Counted from the first letter of the stretch, positions 48,699 to 60,249 are shown. The stretch: 64,000 nt of DNA from Vicinamibacteria bacterium (GCA_965199715.1 OZ241322.1:672001-736000); one strand, 5' to 3'. The notes: generated from the sequence alone by a model not told the origin. Numbers and translations: made by a program.

Positions 48699-49978
48699 GG
48701 CGCGTCCTCCGAGTCGGCGGGGGGACGGTGGAGCACTCCGTCCACGAAGACGGCCTCGATCATCACGTCCTCCTCGAAAAGGCCCCGGTCGGCGACCACC
48801 GCGTTGGCGATCCTCCCCGGGACGAGCGCGCCGACCCGGTCGTCGACGCCAAAAATCCGCGCCGGGCCGAGCGTGAGCGCGGTCAGCGCCGCCTCCGGGT
48901 CGAGCCCCCGCTCCACCGCGACCCGCACCCGGTCGAGGGCGTCCTCGCCGCCGCCGTAGAACGCGAAGGGCGCGCCCGCCGCATGGAGCGCCGTCGGGCC
49001 CGCCGGGGCGCGGTCGCGCCGCCGGAGCTCGCGCAGCGGCGTGACCGCCTCGGGGTCGGCGTCGCTGTCGGCTTCCGGCCAGTCCAGGTCGACGAGGACG
49101 GGCACTCCGCGCTCCGCGAGGAAACCGGCCGCCGACTCGGCCTCGTGGCCGCCGTAGAGCACCGGGCGGAGGCCCAGCTCGGCGGCGAGGCGCGCCATCC
49201 GGCGCATCTCCTTGTCGAGGTTCGCGGGAAGCAGGACGACCTGGTCTCCCGCGGCGGCCGGGCCGAGCGGACCGAGCGTCGGGTCGTAGCGCGGGCGAGC
49301 GAGCCCCGACGGATCCTCCCGGTAGAGCCGCCAGACCTCGCCGTAGTGCCCGACGTCGAGGAAGAGCTGCCGGACGTAGGCGATCACGCCCATGATCGCG
49401 CCGGGAAACGACCGATTGCGCTGGGTCTCGAGGCGGATCATGAGCGCGGCCTCGCCGGCGAGCACGAGGTCGCGCGGGTCCTCGCCGGCGAGGTTCAGCC
49501 ATGCGGCGTGACCCGACACGATCCCGCCGTTCGGAACGGACACCGCCGACGTGAATCCGGCGTTCCGGAGTCCGGCGATGCGGTCGTCGTCGACGTCGAG
49601 CAGATCGGCCGCGCGGCGGTCCGACCACGTCGCGGGGCGGTCGCCGGGGCCCCGCGACGGACCGCTCGCGGGAGCCTCGTCCGCATGGAGGCCGAGGTCG
49701 CCGAGCGCGTCCACGAGGCCGGGATACACGTGCTTCCCGCCGGCGTCGAGGATCGCCGCGCCGGGCGGGATGGACGCTTCGGGGCCGACGCCGACGATGA
49801 GTCCGTCGCGTATCACGAGCGAAGCGTCCTCGAGCACGGTCCCGTCGCCGACGTGGACCGTCCCGCCCACGATCGCGTGGGTGCCCGGCCCCCGGTCGGC
49901 CACCTGCCGGGACGAGAGCTGCGCGGACGCCGGAGCCGCGACCAGCAGCGCGAGCGGAAGCCACAGGCCTCTTTGCAT
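48695..49978 (-). CDS. Secreted amidohydrolase-family protein (HxH metal motif absent)
   Basis: Starts MQRGLWLPLALL, with DAGGKHVYPGLVDALGDLG and GALVPGRIANAV. Confidence 0.85.
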   Translation of the reverse strand: MQRGLWLPLALLVAAPASAQLSSRQVADRGPGTHAIVGGTVHVGDGTVLEDASLVIRDGLIVGVGPEASIPPGAAILDAGGKHVYPGLVDALGDLGLHADEAPASGPSRGPGDRPATWSDRRAADLLDVDDDRIAGLRNAGFTSAVSVPNGGIVSGHAAWLNLAGEDPRDLVLAGEAALMIRLETQRNRSFPGAIMGVIAYVRQLFLDVGHYGEVWRLYREDPSGLARPRYDPTLGPLGPAAAGDQVVLLPANLDKEMRRMARLAAELGLRPVLYGGHEAESAAGFLAERGVPVLVDLDWPEADSDADPEAVTPLRELRRRDRAPAGPTALHAAGAPFAFYGGGEDALDRVRVAVERGLDPEAALTALTLGPARIFGVDDRVGALVPGRIANAVVADRGLFEEDVMIEAVFVDGVLHRPPADSEDAP

Positions 49979-50023
49979 GCCGGCAGTCTGTCCGAGCCGG
50001 GCGCGTCGGTCAAACTGACGCGG

Positions 50024-51615
50024 ATGCGGGGAGCGGCGGGCCTCATCCTCCTCCTCGCGGCCGGATGCGGAGACGGCTTCGTCCCCGACGGCGCGTGCGC
50101 CTCCTGCCACGCCCAGCAGCACGACGAGTGGTCGCGGTCGCACCACGCGCTCGCCATGCAGGAGGCCACGGAAGCCACGGTTCTCGGCGACTTCGACGAG
50201 GCCCCGTTCCTTCGCCGGGACGGGCGGTTCCTGGTGCGCGCCGACGGGAGAGAGCACGAGGTTCGTTACGCGTTCGGCGTGGAGCCGCTCCAGCAGTACC
50301 TGTTGGAGGCGCCCGACGGCCGCTTGCAGGCCTTCGGGACCGCGTGGGACACGGAAAGGGAGGAGTGGTTCGAGATCTACCCCGGCGAGACGTTCCGCCC
50401 GGGCGACTCCTTCCACTGGACCGGCTGGCGGCAGAACGCCGAGATCGGGTGCATCGAGTGCCACGTCACCGGCTTCCGGATGACGCCGGACGCCGAATGG
50501 AGCGCCCCGAACGTGGGCTGTCAGGCCTGCCACGGTCCGGCGGCCGATCACGTCGCCGATCCCGGCCCCCTCCCCCCGACTTCGGTCGAGACCTGCGCTC
50601 CGTGCCACTCGCTGCGCCGCCCGCTGCTCCCGGACCCCGCCCAAGCGGCCTTCGCCGACGCCTTCGAGCTGGAGCCGCTCGTTCCCGGCGCGTACTTTCC
50701 GGACGGGCAGATTCTCGGCGAGGTCTTCGAGTACGGCTCGTTCGTCCAGAGCCGCATGTACCGGGAGGGAGTGCGCTGCATCGATTGCCACCCGCCGCAC
50801 GGCCTCGGCGAGCGCCTCGTCGGAAACGCGCTCTGCGAGCAGTGCCACCACCCGGACGCCCCGCTCGACCGGTTCCCGACGCTCCGGGCGAAGGACTACG
50901 ACGCGCCCGCGCACCACTTCCACGAGGACGCGCGCTGCGTGGACTGCCACATGACCGAGCGGACCTACATGCAGGTGGACGGGCGGCGCGACCACAGCTT
51001 CCGCATCCCTCGCCCCGACGTCTCCGCGAAGGTCGGAAGCCCGGACGCCTGCACAAGCTGCCACGCGGACCAGAGCCAGGCGTGGGCGGCGGAGCGGATC
51101 GTCGAGTGGTACGGACCCGACCGGGAGCCGCACTTCGGCGAGGCGCTTGCGTCGGGCGGTCCCGAGGCGCTCCGGGCGCTCGCCCGGGACTCCGGCCAGC
51201 CGGAGATCGTCCGGGCGACCGCGGAACGGCTTCTCGGACGGCCCGGTCGCCCCGGAGTGGCGCGGCCGGGCTCGCCCGAAGGCCCCTTCAACCAGGGCGC
51301 GTTCCACGCCGCGTCCGGCGACCTCGAGCGGGCGGCCCGTGACTACCGCGACGCGCTCGCGATCGATCCCGGGTTCCTGCCGGCGAGCCTGAACCTCGCG
51401 GTCCTCCTCGACCGGATCGGAGAGACGGCCGGGGCCGAGAGCGTTCTCCGCGGCGCGCTCCGATTCCATCCCGACTCCGGCGACGTCCACTTCTCGCTCG
51501 CGCTCGCGCTGGCCGCGACCGGGCGGCGGGACGAAGCCCGGTCGCATCTCGACCGGGCGGCGGAGCTCCTTCCGGACGACCCCCGCGTCCGGCGCAACCG
51601 GGCGCTCCTCGGGCG

Positions 51616-51619
<4 letters not shown>
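50024..51619 (+). CDS. Multiheme c-type cytochrome lipoprotein with C-terminal TPRs
   Basis: Lipobox LAAGC and eight CxxCH motifs (CASCH, CIECH, CQACH, CAPCH, CIDCH, CEQCH, CVDCH, CTSCH), followed by a TPR-like tail. Confidence 0.9.
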
Positions 51620-52555
<936 letters not shown>

Positions 52556-52575
<20 letters not shown>

Positions 52576-54955
52576 CGGCGCCGTGGTTCGCCCGGAGCCG
52601 CTTCAAGAGCGCGCGCCGGACCTTGGCGATGTCTTTGTCTCCCAGGGTGCGATTCGGGGCCTGGTACTGGACCGAGACGCCCAGCGAACGCTTGCCGCCG
52701 TCGAGCGGCCAGTCGTCGAAGATCCGCGCCGAGGCCACGAGCGGGTGGCTGCGGATCTCGCGGGCGATCTCGCCGGCGCGGACGCCGGGCTCGATCACGA
52801 GGGCGAAGTCCTCGAGCGCCGCGGGATGGCGCGACACGGGCTCGGCGGCGACCGGGCCGGCGAGGTCGGGACGCGCTCGCAGCAGCTCGGTCAGGTTCGC
52901 CTCCCAGTGGAACGCGGCGGCCACGAGGCCGAACTTCTCCGCGATGTCGGGATGGACCTGCCCGAGCGTCGCCACGCGGACCTTGCCGGTTCGCACCGAA
53001 GCGACGCGTCCCGGCACCCAGCCGAAGCCCTCCGCCGGCGCCCAGTCGGCGTCCACGCCGAGGCCGTCGAAGAGGCGTTCGAGCGCCGCCTTGGCGTCGA
53101 AGAAATCCATGTCCTCGCCGGGGCCGCCCCAGCGATCGAGCCGGACTCCGGCGACGAGTCCGGCGGCGATCTCCACCTCGCGGGGGCCGCCCGCGCCGCG
53201 CGGCGCCCAGACGCGGGAGACCTCGAAGAAACGGATCGACCGCGCTCCGAGGTCGAGGTTCCTGGCGGCCGCCCGGAAGAGGCCGGGGCCGAGCGACAGC
53301 CGCAGGCAGTCGCGCCCGGCGTTCAGCGGATTGCGCACCCGGTATGGGGCGTTCCGCTCCAGTTCGCCTTCGGGCGGCGCCGCCGCGAGGTCGTCCTGCG
53401 AGACGAGCGAGTATGTCTGGACCTCGCGCAGTCCGGCGGCGGCGAGGAGATCCCGCGTCCGCTCCCGGAGCGCCCGGGCCGGAAGCGGCGGCGGGCGCGG
53501 GATCGAGCCGATGAGCGGCTCGGCCGGGAGGTCGTCGTACCCCGTGACCCGGGCCACCTCCTCGACGAGGTCGTCCGGGAACCGCACGTCGCGCCGCCAC
53601 GGCGGGACGCCCACGTCGAGTTCCTCGCCCTCGTCCCTCACGTCGAACCCGAGCCCGGCGAGCGCCCCCTCGACGATCGCCCGGGGCGGGTCGAGACCGA
53701 GAACCTGCGGGACCCGCGACCGGCGGAGACGGACGCGCACCGGCGCCGACGGCTCGGGGTACGCGTCCACGAGCCCCGAAGCCACCCGGCCGCCGGCGTG
53801 CTCCTCCAGCAGGCGGCGGACCCGGGCGGACGCGATGGGCGCCATCTCCGGGGCCAGCCCCCACGCGAACCGCCGGGCGGCGTCCGACATGAGGTCGAAG
53901 GCGCGGGCCGTGCGGCGGACGTTCGCCGGGTGGAAATTCGCGACCTCGAGCAACACGTTGCGGGTGGAGTCGGTGATCTCGCTGTCGAGCCCGCCCATGA
54001 CCCCGGCCAGCGCGATCGAGCCGTTCCGGTCGGCGATCACCAGTCGTTCCGGATCCAGCCGCCGCTCCGCTCCGTCGAGGGTGACGAGCCGCTCGCCCGC
54101 CTCCGCCCGCCGGACGATCGCGTGGCGGTCGCGCACCGCGTCGGCGTCGAAGGCGTGGACCGGCTGCCCGGTCTCGAGCATCACGTAGTTGGTGACGTCC
54201 ACGAGGTTGTTGATGGGCCGCATCCCGGCGGCGGCGAGCCGCTCCGCCATCCAGGAGGGCGACGGCCCGAGCGTCACGTCCTCGATGAGCGCGAGCGTGA
54301 ACCGCCGGCAGAGATCGGGCGCGAGGATCTCAGCCGACGCCCGCCCCTCGACCGGCTCGCCCGCCGCCCGGACCTCGCCGGAAGGCGGCCGCAGCGACGC
54401 GCCGGTGAGCGCGGCGACTTCCCGGGCCACGCCGAGGACGGACAGCGCGTCGGCGCGGTTCGGGGTCAGGTCGAAGACCAGCACCCGGTCGCCGAGCACG
54501 TCGGCGAGCGGCGTTCCCGGAGCGCGGTCGGTGTCAAGCGCGAGGATGCCCTCGTGCTCGCCGGAGAGTCCAAGCTCGGCTTCCGAACAGACCATGCCGC
54601 CGGAGACGACGCCCCGGATGCGGGATTTCTTGAGCTTCCTTGGCTGGCCGGTGCGCGGATCGGCGAGCACCGCGCCCTCGCCGGCGAAGGCGATCGTCTG
54701 GCCCTCGGCCACGTTGGACGCCCCGCAAACCACGGTCTGCTCGCCGCCCCGCTCCACGGTCACGAGGCGCAGCCGATCGGCGTTCGGGTGCGGCTGGACC
54801 TTCAGCACCCGGCCCACGACGACGCCGTTCCATTCGGCGCCGACGCGCTCGATGGCGGTGACCTCGAGGCCGGCGAAGGTGAGGCGGCGAGCGAGGGCCT
54901 CCACGTCGTCCGGGAGATCCACGAGCTCCGAGAGCCAGCCGAGCGGGACGCGCAT
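52556..54955 (-). CDS. pheT: Phenylalanine-tRNA ligase beta subunit
   Basis: HPNADRL, VCGASNV, SGGMVCS, LTPNRAD, PINNLVDVTNYV and DLVEEVAR. Confidence 0.96.
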
Positions 54956-54956
54956 C

Positions 54957-55946
54957 TCAGAACTGGGTGAGGAACCGCAGGTCGTTCTCGTAGAAGCGGC
55001 GGATGTCGCGGATCCCGTGCCGCAGCATCGCGATGCGCTCCACGCCGAGCCCGGCGGCGAACCCGGTGAAGACATCGGGGTCGTACCCCATGTTCGCGAG
55101 GATTTCGGGGTGGACCATGCCCGCTCCGAGGATCTCGATCCAGCCGTCGGGGCTGCTGATGGAGACCTCCACGCCCGGCTCCACGAATGGGAAGTAGTCG
55201 CAGCGGAAGCGGATCTCCCGCTCGCCGAAGAGCCGTCGCACGAACTGGTAGAGCGTCCCCTTGAGGTGTGCGAGGGTGAGGCCCCGGTCCACCGCGAGGA
55301 CCTCGGTCTGGGTGATCATCCACTCGTGGGTGGCGTCGGTCGCCTCGTTCCGGTAGGTGCGCCCGGGGGCGATCACCCGGACCGGCGGACCCCGCCGCTC
55401 CATGAAGCGGATCTGGTTCGGCGAGGTGTGGGTGCGCAGCAGCAGCGGCGCCTCCCCCTCCCCGGTCTCCAGATAGAACGTGTCCATGGAGTCCCGCGCC
55501 GGGTGGTCGGCGGGAATGCGCAGCGCGTCGAAGTTGTAGTACTCGGTCTCGACCTCGGGCCCCTCGACCACGTGGAAGCCCATGCCGGCGAAGGCGTCCA
55601 CGATCGCCCGCTCGGTCAGCGTGATCGGGTGGAGCCCGCCCTCGGGGAACGGGCGGCCCGGCAGGCTCACGTCGAGCGCGGCGAGCCGCTCGGTGCGGGC
55701 CGCCTTGAGGGCGTCGGCGCGCTCCTTGTGCGCCGTCTGGAGCGCGACCTTGAAGCCGTTCAGCCGCTGGCCCGCGCCGGCGCGCTCCTCACGGGGAAGG
55801 CGTCCCAGCGCGCGCAGGCTCTCGATGAGCCGCGACTTGCGGCCGAGGTGCGCGATCCGCCAGTCCTCGACCGCGGCCTCGTCGCTGAGCCCGGCCAGTT
55901 CGGCCACGGCCCGGCTGACTTCGGCTTCGGAGAGCGGATCGGGCAT
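54957..55946 (-). CDS. pheS: Phenylalanine-tRNA ligase alpha subunit
   Basis: NFDALRIPADHPARD, LLRTHTS, YFPFVEPG, EILGAGMVHP and GLGVERIAM. Confidence 0.97.
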   Translation of the reverse strand: MPDPLSEAEVSRAVAELAGLSDEAAVEDWRIAHLGRKSRLIESLRALGRLPREERAGAGQRLNGFKVALQTAHKERADALKAARTERLAALDVSLPGRPFPEGGLHPITLTERAIVDAFAGMGFHVVEGPEVETEYYNFDALRIPADHPARDSMDTFYLETGEGEAPLLLRTHTSPNQIRFMERRGPPVRVIAPGRTYRNEATDATHEWMITQTEVLAVDRGLTLAHLKGTLYQFVRRLFGEREIRFRCDYFPFVEPGVEVSISSPDGWIEILGAGMVHPEILANMGYDPDVFTGFAAGLGVERIAMLRHGIRDIRRFYENDLRFLTQF

Positions 55947-55989
55947 GGGCCGGGGCGCGGAGTATAGGGCGCGATAAGTTGGGGTCTGG

Positions 55990-57132
55990 ATGCCCCGATT
56001 CCGCTACCCGACGTCCCTGATCGCCGATGCCGAAGGGGAGTACGCCCGTGCGGTCCGTGAGTTCGCGACCGCGGAAATCGCGCCGGAGAGCCGCGAGATG
56101 GAGCGGGCGGGACGCATCCCGGAGTCCATGATCGCCCGTCTGACCGACTTCGGGATCTTCGGCGTGACCGTCCCTGAATCGTTCGGCGGCGCGGGGTTCG
56201 ATTTCTTCCACCTCGTGCTCACCGTGGAGGAGCTCGCCCGCGCCGACGCCTCGGTTGCGCTCCTTGCCGACGTCCACGGCACGCTCGTGGTGAAGGCACT
56301 ACAGCAGTTCGGGACCCAAGCTCAGCGGGACGAGTTCCTCCCGCAGCTCGCCGGGGGGCGGATCGGCGCGTTCTCGCTCTCGGAGGCCGAGTCCGGCAGC
56401 GACGCCTTCGCGCTTCGGGCCACCGCGAGGGCGGCGGATGGCGGCTTCGTCCTGAACGGGGCCAAGTCATGGGTCTCCGGGGGCCGGGAGGCCGGGGTCT
56501 TCCTCGTCTTTGCCCGCGCCCCCGAGGGCGTGAGCGGGTTCCTCGTGGACATCGAGACGGCCGGGCTGCGGCTGGGGCCGCCCGAGGACAAGGTCGGACT
56601 GCGGGCGTCCTCGACCGTGCCGCTCTACCTCGACGACTGCTTCGTCCCGGCCAGCCGGGTTCTCGGTCGTCCGGGTCAGGGCCGCCGCATCGCGCTCGCG
56701 CTGTTGAACGAGGGCCGCATCGGAATCGCGGCCCAACTGGTCGGGATCGGACAGGCGGCGCTTGATCTGGCGCTTGCGCACGCCGTGGAGCGCCGGGCGT
56801 TCGGCCGGCCCATCTTCGGTTTTCAGGGGGTCTCGTTCGCGCTCGCCGACGCCGCCACCCGGCTCGAGAGCGCCCGGGTGCTGACGTGGAACGCGGCGCG
56901 GCTCGTGGACGAGGGCGGGAACCCGCATCGGGCGGCGGCGATGGCGAAGCTGACGGCGCAGCGCATGGCCGAGTGGGTCACGTCGCTCGCGGTGGAGGTG
57001 CTCGGCGGCGTCGGCTACACGACCGCGTCGCTCGCCGAAAAGCTCTGGCGGGACGCGAAGGCGGGGACGATCTACGAAGGCACGGCGAACATGCAGCTCA
57101 TGACCATCGCCCACACGCTGCGGCGCGGCTGA
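55990..57132 (+). CDS. Acyl-CoA dehydrogenase (short/branched-chain-like)
   Basis: FSLSEAESGSDA, LNGAKSW, KVGLRASST, LNEGRIGIAAQ and IYEGT. Confidence 0.92.
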   Translation: MPRFRYPTSLIADAEGEYARAVREFATAEIAPESREMERAGRIPESMIARLTDFGIFGVTVPESFGGAGFDFFHLVLTVEELARADASVALLADVHGTLVVKALQQFGTQAQRDEFLPQLAGGRIGAFSLSEAESGSDAFALRATARAADGGFVLNGAKSWVSGGREAGVFLVFARAPEGVSGFLVDIETAGLRLGPPEDKVGLRASSTVPLYLDDCFVPASRVLGRPGQGRRIALALLNEGRIGIAAQLVGIGQAALDLALAHAVERRAFGRPIFGFQGVSFALADAATRLESARVLTWNAARLVDEGGNPHRAAAMAKLTAQRMAEWVTSLAVEVLGGVGYTTASLAEKLWRDAKAGTIYEGTANMQLMTIAHTLRRG

Positions 57133-57135
57133 GGG

Positions 57136-58572
57136 TCAGGCCGGCCAGAGGCGGCGGGCGGTCTCGCGGATTCGGTCCCAAGCTCCGAGGACATGCTCCT
57201 CGCGAGTGTTCGTCTGGGCCACCACCATCCGAAGCGCGATCCCGCGGGCCGTCTTGGTGTGGGTCAGGTAGAGAGCGCCGGAGCGGTTCAGCTCCTCGAC
57301 CAGCGCGAGGTTCCGCGCATCGGAGTCGTCCGTCCGGTAGCGGAACGTCACGTGGTTGAGGGGAGCGGGGGCCACGATCTCGAAGTCGTCCGCCGCCTCG
57401 ACCAGCTCGCGGAAGCGCTGGCCCAGCCGGATGTGCTCGCGGATGTGGTGGCGGAGCCCCTCCGCGCCGTAGTGCCGCAGCACCATCCACAGCTTGAGCG
57501 CCCGGAACCGGCGACCGAGCGGAATGTGCCAGTCGCGGTAATCCCAGACTTCGCCCGCCTCCGAGGCCCGATTCCGAAGGTACTCGGGGGTGACCGAGAG
57601 GGTCTCGGTGATTGCGCTCCGATCAGCGACGAAGAACGCGTCGCAGTCGAAGTTGGTGAACATCCACTTGTGCGGGTTGAAGCACCACGAGTCGGCCAAC
57701 TCGACCCCGTCCTGAAAGTGCCGGTGCTCGGGACACAGGAACGCGGCGCCGGACATCGCCGCGTCCACGTGCACCCAGACGCCGTGCTCGCGGGCGATTG
57801 GCGCGAGCCGCCGCAACGGATCGAAGGCTCCGGTCGAGGTCGTGCCGAGCGTCACCAGCAGGAAGCACGGCTTCCGGCCGGCGGCGACATCCTCCCGAAC
57901 GAGCTTTGCGAAGGCGTCCGCCCGAGCGGCCCCGGTCCACGGATCGACCGGGATGTCGCGCAGGAAGTCGCTGCCGAGGCCCGCGATCCGCACGCCCTTC
58001 AGCAGCGACGAGTGAGATTCCTGCGAGCCGTAGGCGGCGAGCGGCTCGCGAACGCCAAGGCGGTTGGCCGAGTATCCGGTCGCCCGCTCCCGCGCCGCGA
58101 GAAGCGCCGTGAGGGTCGAGGACGATGCGGTGTCCTGAATCACGCCGCCGCCCGTGCCGTCGGAGCGGAAGGCGGCCGGCAAACCGAGGAGATCGACCAG
58201 CCAGTCGAGGACATGGGTCTCCAGCTCGGTGCAGGCCGGGCTCGTCGCCCAGAGCATGCCCTGCACTCCGAGGCCGGCGGAGACCAGCTCGCCGAGAACC
58301 GACGGGCCGGAGTTGTTCGACGGGAAATAGGCGTAGAAGTTCGGGGACTGCCAGTGCGTGATTCCCGGCATCACGACGCGGTCAAGGTCGGCGAGCACCG
58401 CATCGAACGGCTCGCCCCGCTCCGGCGCGTTCGCCGGCAGCCGCGAGCGAATCTCCCCCGGAGCCACCTCGGAGCGGACCGGAAATCGCTCGACCTCGCG
58501 CCAGTACCGGGCGATCCAGTCCAGCGCCGCCCGCCCGTTCCGGACGAACTCCTCCGGCGAGAGGTGGTCCAT
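57136..58572 (-). CDS. Group II PLP aromatic-L-amino-acid decarboxylase (DDC-like)
   Basis: PGITHWQSPNFYAYFP, SPACTELE, HVDAAMSG, NPHKW and IPLGRRFRALKLW. Confidence 0.9.
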   Translation of the reverse strand: MDHLSPEEFVRNGRAALDWIARYWREVERFPVRSEVAPGEIRSRLPANAPERGEPFDAVLADLDRVVMPGITHWQSPNFYAYFPSNNSGPSVLGELVSAGLGVQGMLWATSPACTELETHVLDWLVDLLGLPAAFRSDGTGGGVIQDTASSSTLTALLAARERATGYSANRLGVREPLAAYGSQESHSSLLKGVRIAGLGSDFLRDIPVDPWTGAARADAFAKLVREDVAAGRKPCFLLVTLGTTSTGAFDPLRRLAPIAREHGVWVHVDAAMSGAAFLCPEHRHFQDGVELADSWCFNPHKWMFTNFDCDAFFVADRSAITETLSVTPEYLRNRASEAGEVWDYRDWHIPLGRRFRALKLWMVLRHYGAEGLRHHIREHIRLGQRFRELVEAADDFEIVAPAPLNHVTFRYRTDDSDARNLALVEELNRSGALYLTHTKTARGIALRMVVAQTNTREEHVLGAWDRIRETARRLWPA

Positions 58573-58580
58573 CCGAACGC

Positions 58581-58910
58581 TCAGCCGCGGGGCAGCTCGT
58601 CGATCCGCGCCGCGAGGATGAAGTCGCTCTCGGTGAGGCCGTTGATCTTGTGGGTCCAGATGGTGACCCCCACCTTGCCCCACGCGACGAGCAGATCAGG
58701 ATGGTGCCCCTCGCTCTCGGCGAGTTCGCCGATCCGGTTGGCGAACCCGAGGGCGCTCATGAAGTCAGGAAACACGAACGTCTTCCCGATGTCGTGGTGG
58801 TCCCGATGCGACCACCCGTCCACTTGAGCGAGGTAGCCCTCGACCTCCGAGGGCGAAAGGGGCGGAACGCCGCCCCGACAAGGAACGCAGTGCTTCTGGG
58901 AGAGGGTCAT
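58581..58910 (-). CDS. phhB: Pterin-4-alpha-carbinolamine dehydratase
   Basis: CVPCRGG, AESEGHHPDL and WTHKINGLTESDFILAARID. Confidence 0.92.
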   Translation of the reverse strand: MTLSQKHCVPCRGGVPPLSPSEVEGYLAQVDGWSHRDHHDIGKTFVFPDFMSALGFANRIGELAESEGHHPDLLVAWGKVGVTIWTHKINGLTESDFILAARIDELPRG

Positions 58911-58940
58911 GGTCGGGGAATTATGCGCGTCCGGTGCAGT

Positions 58941-59591
58941 TCAGGCAGCGCGGAGCACGGTCCGGAACGTGACGGACACTCGCCGCTGGCGCGTTCGTCT
59001 CACACCGCCGCGGGGGTCGGTCTTCCGCCCGGCGATCCCGTGGGTCCAGAGCGTGCGCGACAAACCCTGAAGCACGAGCAGCGACCCGACTTCAAGGAGG
59101 GGCTCGATCTTCTCTCTCCGGCTGGGGTCGGCGAGCTGCATCGGCCAGGCGTCCCCCAACGAGATGGTCGCCAGGGACGGTCCAAGGCAGTCCCGGTCCA
59201 CGTGCGGCGAAATCCCCTGATTCTCGACGGACTCGTTGACGATCACTTGGTCCGGCGGCCGATCGAACCATCCACACTCGTGCAGTCGGGCGGCCATGTC
59301 GAAGAGATAGTCGGGCAGCGGCTCGATCCGCATGTCCTCCCGGATGAACCGCGACGAGTAGTCGTATCTCCAGCCATAGTGCTGGACTCGCCGCTTCAGT
59401 TCCGTCGCCCACGGCTGTGCGTCAATGGCCGCAAGGAGATGGCCGCAAGCCTCGCCGCCGAGGAATTCAGGCTCGTAGATCGCCCCAATCCGACGCAGAC
59501 GCTCCCACTCCGTGGCAGGCGGGGCGACGGTGATCCCGCTGCCGAACAGCGGACGGGGCGCGTGGGCCGCGGCGAGAGCGCGATCAGGAAT
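58941..59591 (-). CDS. AlkB-like 2OG-Fe(II) dioxygenase (start codon ATT or lost; possible pseudogene)
   Basis: The open frame extends 86 codons upstream of the track Met, including LKRRVQHYGWRYDY. GISPHVD, WTHGI and RRVSVTFR supply the HxD..H..R ligands. There is no in-frame ATG/GTG/TTG before 59333. Confidence 0.75.
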   Translation of the reverse strand: MPDRALAAAHAPRPLFGSGITVAPPATEWERLRRIGAIYEPEFLGGEACGHLLAAIDAQPWATELKRRVQHYGWRYDYSSRFIREDMRIEPLPDYLFDMAARLHECGWFDRPPDQVIVNESVENQGISPHVDRDCLGPSLATISLGDAWPMQLADPSRREKIEPLLEVGSLLVLQGLSRTLWTHGIAGRKTDPRGGVRRTRQRRVSVTFRTVLRAA

Positions 59592-59673
59592 CCGGTCGGG
59601 AGAACCTAGCCGCTGACGAGCGCTTCACCGGAAGCGATCCAGCGTGAACATCGGCTCCTTCTCCCGGTCGCCG
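59527..59673. repeat. 147-bp direct repeat, copy 1
   Basis: Ungapped match to 60913-61059 with about 23 mismatches counted by hand (about 84% identity). Confidence 0.9.
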
Positions 59674-59736
59674 GCGGTTGGATCGAGCGGCGCCCACTTG
59701 CACCCACGGGATGGCGGGCTGACGCGGGCTCCACGA

Positions 59737-60249
59737 TCACGTTCCCGGGGGCGGAACCACTTCCTCCACCACATCCGCGGGTATCCCGATCAGGAGCAGC
59801 GGACAGGGGTTCCCGACGCCGCGGCTGACGACGACCCCCACGCTGATCGCTCCATCGGCATGGAGGCGCTGGAAGTTGTCGAGGTCCCGGTCGAAGAAGG
59901 GGTCCTTGTTGTTCCACTCGATCTCCAACGCGAGGCGTGCGAGGTCCGCTTTGCGCACGTGATCGATCTCGTGCGAGGTCGCCGATCGCTGCTTTCCGTC
60001 AATGATCGTCTTGATCTGGAACCGATGCTTTTCCCAGCCGCGGCCCGCAAGGGCCTTCCGAAGCCGCTGCGTGACCTTGGCCTCGCCGCCACCGCCCTGG
60101 ATCAGTTCGGTGTCCGGGATGCGCAGCCCGAGGAGCTCGTCGCACACCTCACAGAGTGCCTCCGGGAAGTCCTGCGCGAGGATCGCGCTCGCATGGTTCT
60201 CGGTGCGTACGTCGAATCCGGCCTGCCTGAGATCGTCCAGATTCTTCAC
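59737..60249 (-). CDS. BglII/BstYI-family type II restriction endonuclease, apparently internally deleted
   Basis: NHASAIL, GGGGE, HEIDH, ALEIEWNNKDPFFDRDLDNF and GNPCPLLLIGI. GTG overlaps the methylase stop. Confidence 0.78.
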   Translation of the reverse strand: MKNLDDLRQAGFDVRTENHASAILAQDFPEALCEVCDELLGLRIPDTELIQGGGGEAKVTQRLRKALAGRGWEKHRFQIKTIIDGKQRSATSHEIDHVRKADLARLALEIEWNNKDPFFDRDLDNFQRLHADGAISVGVVVSRGVGNPCPLLLIGIPADVVEEVVPPPGT

